In this document: one piece after another, positions 57,597-64,000 of the stretch | Layout: each line of letters begins with the position of its first letter | Position numbering within the stretch: the stretch's first letter is position 1 | NCBI GenBank assembly: GCA_012295275.1 | Contig: CM022670.1 | Coordinates: forward strand, 37,386,001-37,450,000 | Source: Chrysomallon squamiferum | Taxonomy: Eukaryota > Animalia > Mollusca | Direction: 5' to 3' | DNA: 64,000 bases | The notes under the pieces: generated by a model | Told to the model about the DNA's origin: nothing | Database searches by the model: none | Seen by the model: only the letters and a program-made list of their open reading frames with translations | Position numbers and translations under genes: made by a program

Positions 57597-60265
57597 CTAT
57601 ACCATTCGCGGGGCATTGATATACAAAGGATCTTTTGTTTTGTCATATGGCTCTATTTGCCATTCAGTGTTCTGAGTGATGAATTTTATAATTAGCTTGT
57701 AAATAGTGTGCTTAGCTTTGATTTCTACAGTCATGGCTATAAAAAATGAGACAAAAAACAGCACCCCACATGTTAGTGTCATAATCTCTTCTGGTGAAAG
57801 TTCTACCTTAGTTTTCACCATTGTGTTTATCTGTCCCTCGTCAGACAGGAAGCAGAGGACGGTGACAATGGCACAGGCAACCATGATCAGCACACTGAGG
57901 AAGAATGTTATGTGCAGACATTTGTCTCGCTGACTCACTCGAGGAAGATGCCATCGACTAAACTGTAACAAAACAAAAAAAAAAAAAGAAGAAAAATTAA
58001 CTTCTTAAAACATCAGTTTTAAATTATATGATTAACTGCATACAAAGATAAAGAAACTACCCTTATAAAAAAAAAAAATAACAACAACCTTGCCATACTT
58101 ATATTACAAACCATTCAGAGAGATGTTGAGAGAGATGATGGGTTTTCCCCTTATTCACACTTTGTTCCTTTCATTTTTCATTCTGATTCTTTCATAAGCC
58201 CCTAACAGGGTTTACAGATTTTTCTCATCTTCGGGGACATCAGCACATGACTTGACTGAAGCAGTCAACTACTTTTGGTCCTCCCATCAATCTTTTCTGG
58301 AAACCTGGTGTGAAAAATAAACATTGTTTAGTCAATGTGCTCATCTGAACGTTCAAGAGTACATCAATACACAAGCCTGAACGTTCAGAACGTGTTGACC
58401 AGGTAGCAGGAACATTCCCAACAACACAACTGAAAACAAGAAGCTTGACACCAACTTTACCTACAGACAAAAGATTTGGGGAGTAAACTGATGAAAAAAT
58501 TAAGCTTCTGCACATGTATAATCAAATGCAAGCTGTTTTGAAATATGTAATTGGTATCAATAAACCCATATCTGTTTATGTATGTGCTGAATTTTTCAAT
58601 TAATTTGAAACATCAGTTTTCAAGAAATTCATCTCTTCATTTTGCTATTTAAAGGTAGAATTGTTGTATTATCTTTATTTGCTTGGTAATAGATTTTTTT
58701 TCTGTTTTGTGTTTTACATTTAATGAAATTTAGCTAATTCACTGCACTTGTTAAATGAAACAACTTCCTTGAAAAGATTGAAAAAAAAGAGAAAAAAAAT
58801 GTTTTACACCACAATAAGCCAGTACTGGTTTTATGTCATTACATTCTTTGTGTTGTTATAATTATAATTGTCACAAAAATGTATTACTTTTCTCTAAAGT
58901 CTGAAAGAGATACCATCATCATACTCTAGTTGTTAATTTTTAAGGATGCATTTTGCTATATTTGGGCCAAAACAAAAAGCTATGCCATGAAGAAAGTAAC
59001 TGCTAAAAGAATAAAAATAAAATGAGCAAATAGTACATGATGACGTTTTTCAAATGGATCTTTTAGGAAAACCACATTCACATCCTTGCATAATGCTGGA
59101 AATGTAAAATGTCGAGTATTTAATTTCACAATATTCATCAAGGTTATTACCTTAAATCGTTTGTGCCGAACATACTGGAAATGACAAAGTTCACACTTAG
59201 GTGTTCTTTTGCTTTTCCGTGAGCAAATTTCTATCCACTTCTGGAAACAGTTTAAAAAAAAAAAAAAAACGATTTATTCACAAATGTTAAAACTTTTTAT
59301 AAACAATTTCAAGAATGCGAAATATTTAACAGCCATTATTTGGATATACATCTGAATCTCATAAAATAATTCTGTAGCAGGGATAAAACTGATTTCATCT
59401 GCTTTCTCAGAAATACTTAATTTGTACAAAAAACAATTACTTTTATAATTTGATTATTTGCCATGACAGATTTTTTGTCTAATTTTAATGATAGGAATTA
59501 AAAGGCATTATATATAATAAATACAAAATATCTTGAATATTTAACAATATCAGTAACAGTAAAACTTACCAAAAGGCATGTATAATGCACAAAGTGCAGT
59601 GATCCAGAACATCGACATGGCGAAAACATGATGTCATCAGTGTCACTAGGAGATTGGCATATCCGACACAGCGGCCATAAATCGGTGCCTGTGTCCGAAG
59701 CAGTTGACCAGTACTTCTTAGCAGGAACTGGAGTAACACTGGCACTCGTTAAACAACTGTGAAGATCAGAATTTCCAACTAATTCACTGGAAATAAAGTC
59801 TCTGATTGGAAGTGGAATGCTTGCAGAGCTTGAACGGTAACTCTGATAATCAAATGTTCCTGCACTTAGCTGTGCAAGCATGAGCTTTTTTGCAGGGAGA
59901 GGAGTGACATTAGGCGTCAGAGAGCCATCTGATTCTGAATCACTGTCCGATAGAGATTTGGCAGATGTAAACACTTGTTCACCTACACGATTGAGTTGTT
60001 CTATTTGAATAGATACAAACTGAGGTTCATAGTTTTGTATACTGTGGTTTGAATAATGAGGTGGTGAAGTGCTATCCAATGAATCTCCATCTGGGATACG
60101 ACTGTTGACTAAAGGATCATTTTCTGTAGATTCATCCTTACTGTCCTCAGTATTTTCCTCTGAGGTTGTGTTATGAGTATTCAGACAAGGACTTGTATCA
60201 TCCTGCTGACAGGATTCACACACCTGTGTGTTATCAGACATACTGGTGGATTTCTGTTGTTCCAT
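57597..60265 (-). CDS. MARCH-family membrane-associated RING-CH E3 ubiquitin ligase, 383 aa
   Basis: Exons 60265-59570, 59240-59151 and 57962-57597. RING-CH CRICQ...SPCRCSGSLHFVHYTCLLKWI...CELC is followed by two hydrophobic TM segments. The N-terminus is acidic and Ser-rich. A probable non-coding first exon has its donor near 61780. Confidence 0.92.
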
Positions 60266-61359
60266 ATGTTATATTACCTGCAGGGGGAAAAAATAATCAT
60301 AATTAAACAAGTTATTTTTATTATTATTAATTAAAAACAAGTTGAAGATATCCAGATTCATGAATTTGATAAATGTATGTATACAAAACTGTGGAAATTA
60401 AAATCATATATGATGATCATATATTATCAAGATACTAATCAAAATATAAGTTTTCTAATAAATAACTGCTGTTAGTTATGAAACAGTTATTATTTTTTTA
60501 CTATTATATGTATTTTGTGGGTGAAAGAACTGGTTTGATCCATGTGACTGAACAACAAGAGTTTTAAACAATTATACTCTTGTAAATACATTTGAGAATG
60601 TTTCACATGTAGTATTTACTGATATCCATTTTGAGGTAGTTATTTTACAGAAATGTTTCACTGGTAGAAAATTTGGGTTAATAAGTAACAGCTCAAAAAC
60701 TATTTTAAACAGATCTTTGTCAACTTAATTTTTATAGTATTGAACAGCAAAAACAGCTATAGTTGAGATCATTTAATCAAATCAATCCTTCAATGTTTTT
60801 GTTTTAAACGTTGAAGTGTATCAATAAATTGTTGTGGTTTTTTAATTAATAACCTGTAATCTAGTCACAAAGTATAGATGTCGATATTTTTTAATATTAT
60901 TTTGGAAAAAGAAATGCAATAAAAAAAAACAAGAAAACAGTGGAAGTAAAACTGCTGTAACCTGAGTGGCTCTACAACAAAAAGAATTGGTTTCACTGGC
61001 AAGTTATTTGGATGGATACAAAATGTGTATTTGTATCACCACAGATAAACTTTTGATTAAATATTATCTCTGTTTACTTCATAGTACCCATGGATCTCTA
61101 CTCTAGTCTAACAAATTCAAGCTAGCCATATGGAAACATGGATAATGGTAACAAGAATTTCATCCGAATAATTTGCAAAATATTTCATAGATATTAATTA
61201 TTACTACCTTAATTTTAATAGTTTTTGGGATGTAGCAGTAGTTAGTAGTTTATGGTGAAATCAATAACATATTCTCATTTCAATTTGCTATTCATTATTT
61301 TCAAACATTCAGACTTGCTTTACTGAACAGAACACTATTGTATTTAGTTACTTACCATA

Positions 61360-61399
<40 letters not shown>

Positions 61400-61902
61400 A
61401 CGGCTAAGGAGTTTAGTGAACAAATTACTAATCTTTAATCTAATTTTATTATATAATTTGAACTGAACATCACATCCACCTCAAATAATTCACTGATTCC
61501 AGCTACAGCGTGAAAGAATAATCAAATTAAATGATTTAATATTTAATCATGATAAAGTAGTGCAAAGAAAACATCACCGATGAGCACGTAACAGACCGAA
61601 ATACACAAAGGAAATGAATCGGTCAACTCAATGTGTCAAGCAATCAGCTGACATCAGAAAACCGCAGCCGATTTTCCGCTACAAACAGCTGATAAACTCA
61701 GTGACCCACTTTTGCATTACTAAGCATTCACTACATATATCAACTTATAATAAGCAGGACATATTTTAATTGTATCTTACCGTTTTTTGTGTAAATTTAT
61801 ACATTTTTTTCCCCAACGATATCTCTAAACGAAATGTCCAATATTATGGTCGGATCCAGAATGCTCCAGATTTTCAACTCGTTTCAACCAGTTTTCGCAG
61901 TA

Positions 61903-61939
61903 TCACGTGATTTCTATTTGTGCACGTGACCAAACCAAT
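61903..61939. promoter_or_regulatory. Paired E-boxes (TCACGTGA, GTCACGTG) and a CCAAT box in the putative MARCH promoter
   Basis: TCACGTGA at 61903-61910, CACGTGAC at 61923-61930 and CCAAT at ~61935, about 120-150 bp upstream of the minus-strand donor at ~61780. Confidence 0.5.
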
Positions 61940-62076
61940 TTCTTCAGGCTTTTTCTGCAATAATCAGGTGTAAAATAAATAAATAAATACTTAATAATAA
62001 CAATATTTTTGGATTCACTTTACAATTTATTTGCTATGTATATGATACCGTAATGCAAACATATTAATAAAAAAGA

Positions 62077-62116
<40 letters not shown>

Positions 62117-62331
62117 TTATTTTGGGGGAGTGGAAAGGGGTGCGAGGGGTTGGCAGATACGGATTTTTGCTTAGTGATATTAAACTAATCTGGGGCGTGA
62201 AAAACAGTAGAATCAATCTCGTCAGCCTTCCCTTGGGACTTTCCCGATCCAGTTTATACTATAGACCAGTTTTTCAAAGGTTTAGGCATTGGTTTTCTGT
62301 CCTATAGTTATGTATATACATACATACACAG

Positions 62332-62368
<37 letters not shown>

Positions 62369-62514
62369 ACGCCATAAAATCGTAAAATAAAAGTGTCGAA
62401 TACATGATCAAATAAAACAAATTCTTCCTTTCTTTCTTGCAAATTTTGGGTTAACGATTTTATACCAACAACAGTTTGTTACGTCATGCTTTTCGTTTTT
62501 TGTTTAATACGTTA

Positions 62515-62574
<60 letters not shown>

Positions 62575-64000
62575 ATGTAGTTAAAAAGCAAAACAAAACA
62601 CAACTACATCAACAGCAATAAGATGCAAATTAATACTAAATACTGTATTGCTTGTAAAAATTAATAATCTCACATCAATTATTTACTAGAGAAAATGGCA
62701 GGGCTCTGCAATAATCAATTAGACTATAAGCCTGCAGTGTAGCAGTCTTTAACAGTTGCGATTATATAATATCGTACGTATGTAAGTAGGCTATATTCTT
62801 GTTTGCAGCGGCAACATCTTGATTATACCGACAACAAAGCAGCGTGAAGCATGACCCATAAAAGTATGCCAGCTTCAGCAAGAAGTATGCAAGCAGAACC
62901 ACAAAAGTACAACTTCAGGTGTAAACATTAATGCATTTCTTGAGGCCATAACTAGAGGACACTGACCCAGAATGCAAATAAGTTTAACTTATTATTAGTT
63001 TGTACATGTAAGGGACTTCATTTCAAATGATTCATTTTGATTACCAATTGGCTGCGATGACGTGATGCATCTATATTAATTAAAAGTTAAATAAAGTTGT
63101 TATAAAGATAAATTTTCTTTTGTAAGTGCTTTGTGTTAAAGAATAAATAAATATATAATTATGTTCTGACATCTGACGATAAAGAAGTACGAAAAGGGCA
63201 CTACACCGACATTATAGTTACTAAGTTACTGGGTCAAAAGCTTATATAAATTTCAAATATTTAGATAGCATTGTTAGGGGTCATCCGTGATTTTTAACGT
63301 AAATGTTTAGTGGGAAGAGAAAACTCGGGCATTGCGAATTGACAGCAAGAACAGAAGAAAGGGGGTGGTGTCGATTCCCTGTTATTTGCTGAAAGCTTCA
63401 GTGTTGTTGCCGTAAATGTACCTAATTGTGTCAGATTCACTTTTCAGCGTGAAAAATCGTATGCGTCGGTAAATATATTAATGCGGTTAAATGTCTGAAA
63501 GTTAGAAGGGAGGTCACACGCATAAACCCATTTATTCCTGGATCAGTTAATGAATGTTTCTCAGCGACAAGATATCCTTAGGTTATCGTTACACAGCATA
63601 TCAATTTAATGATTGTTGTTCAACCAACATTTCAATGAGCCATTTAAAATGCGTTTTCATATACTCTAAACGTTTTCGTATAATCCTCAATATAAATTCC
63701 CAAACTAAACAGTGCCTACAAATGATTATTAGTGTGTATTATTTGTGACGTTACCTCTTTTGAGTGCGTACTATTAGAAGATTAACTGTAAAAACGAAGA
63801 AGAAAAGTTAAGTGTTTGGACCGAAGGCTAGATTAAAAATATTTCATGGCTGTAGTTAATTACACTTTTATTAAAGGGTCATTTAAACAATTAAAAGCAT
63901 TATTAATTGGACAATAAATTATTAATTTAATCACTTTATATCCACAATGTAGTTTTAAACATGGCGGTTATCTGTGAAGGCGTGCTAAAAATAGGTTATT

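Noticed and set aside
58240-58515. 91-aa ORF in a MARCH intron
   Set aside because: No recognisable domain, and the flanking exons already join in frame without it.
62124-62153. G-rich tract as a G-quadruplex
   Set aside because: Only three runs of three or more G, so it is not a canonical motif.
63273-63425. Possible Harbinger-like MITE starting TTAGGGGTCATCC
   Set aside because: The right terminus matches too poorly to support a TIR pair.

Overview
AT-rich, microsatellite-dense, intron-containing animal genomic DNA. An invertebrate, probably a mollusc or other lophotrochozoan, is inferred from composition and gene content only. Manual splicing of both strands gives six genes: the 5' end of TRPN/NompC (minus strand, runs off the left edge), TFB1M (-), an XK-related putative scramblase with a very long tail (+), BSDC1 (-), SLF1/ANKRD32 (-, 21 coding exons) and a MARCH-type RING-CH E3 ligase (-). 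The window also holds a Tigger/pogo-like MITE and a 2.1-kb element with ~140-bp inverted arms and a decayed ORF. The main anomalies are: (i) the XKR last exon stays coding-like through two successive +1 frame changes; (ii) a 1-nt excess at a BSDC1 exon junction; (iii) a chain of 3n-length microexon-like signals (30, 36 and 3 nt) and an RFX X-box upstream of NompC; (iv) two GC-AG introns. The frameshifts could be assembly indels; no novel system can be established from the sequence alone. Most short ORFs in the track are microsatellite or antisense artefacts.
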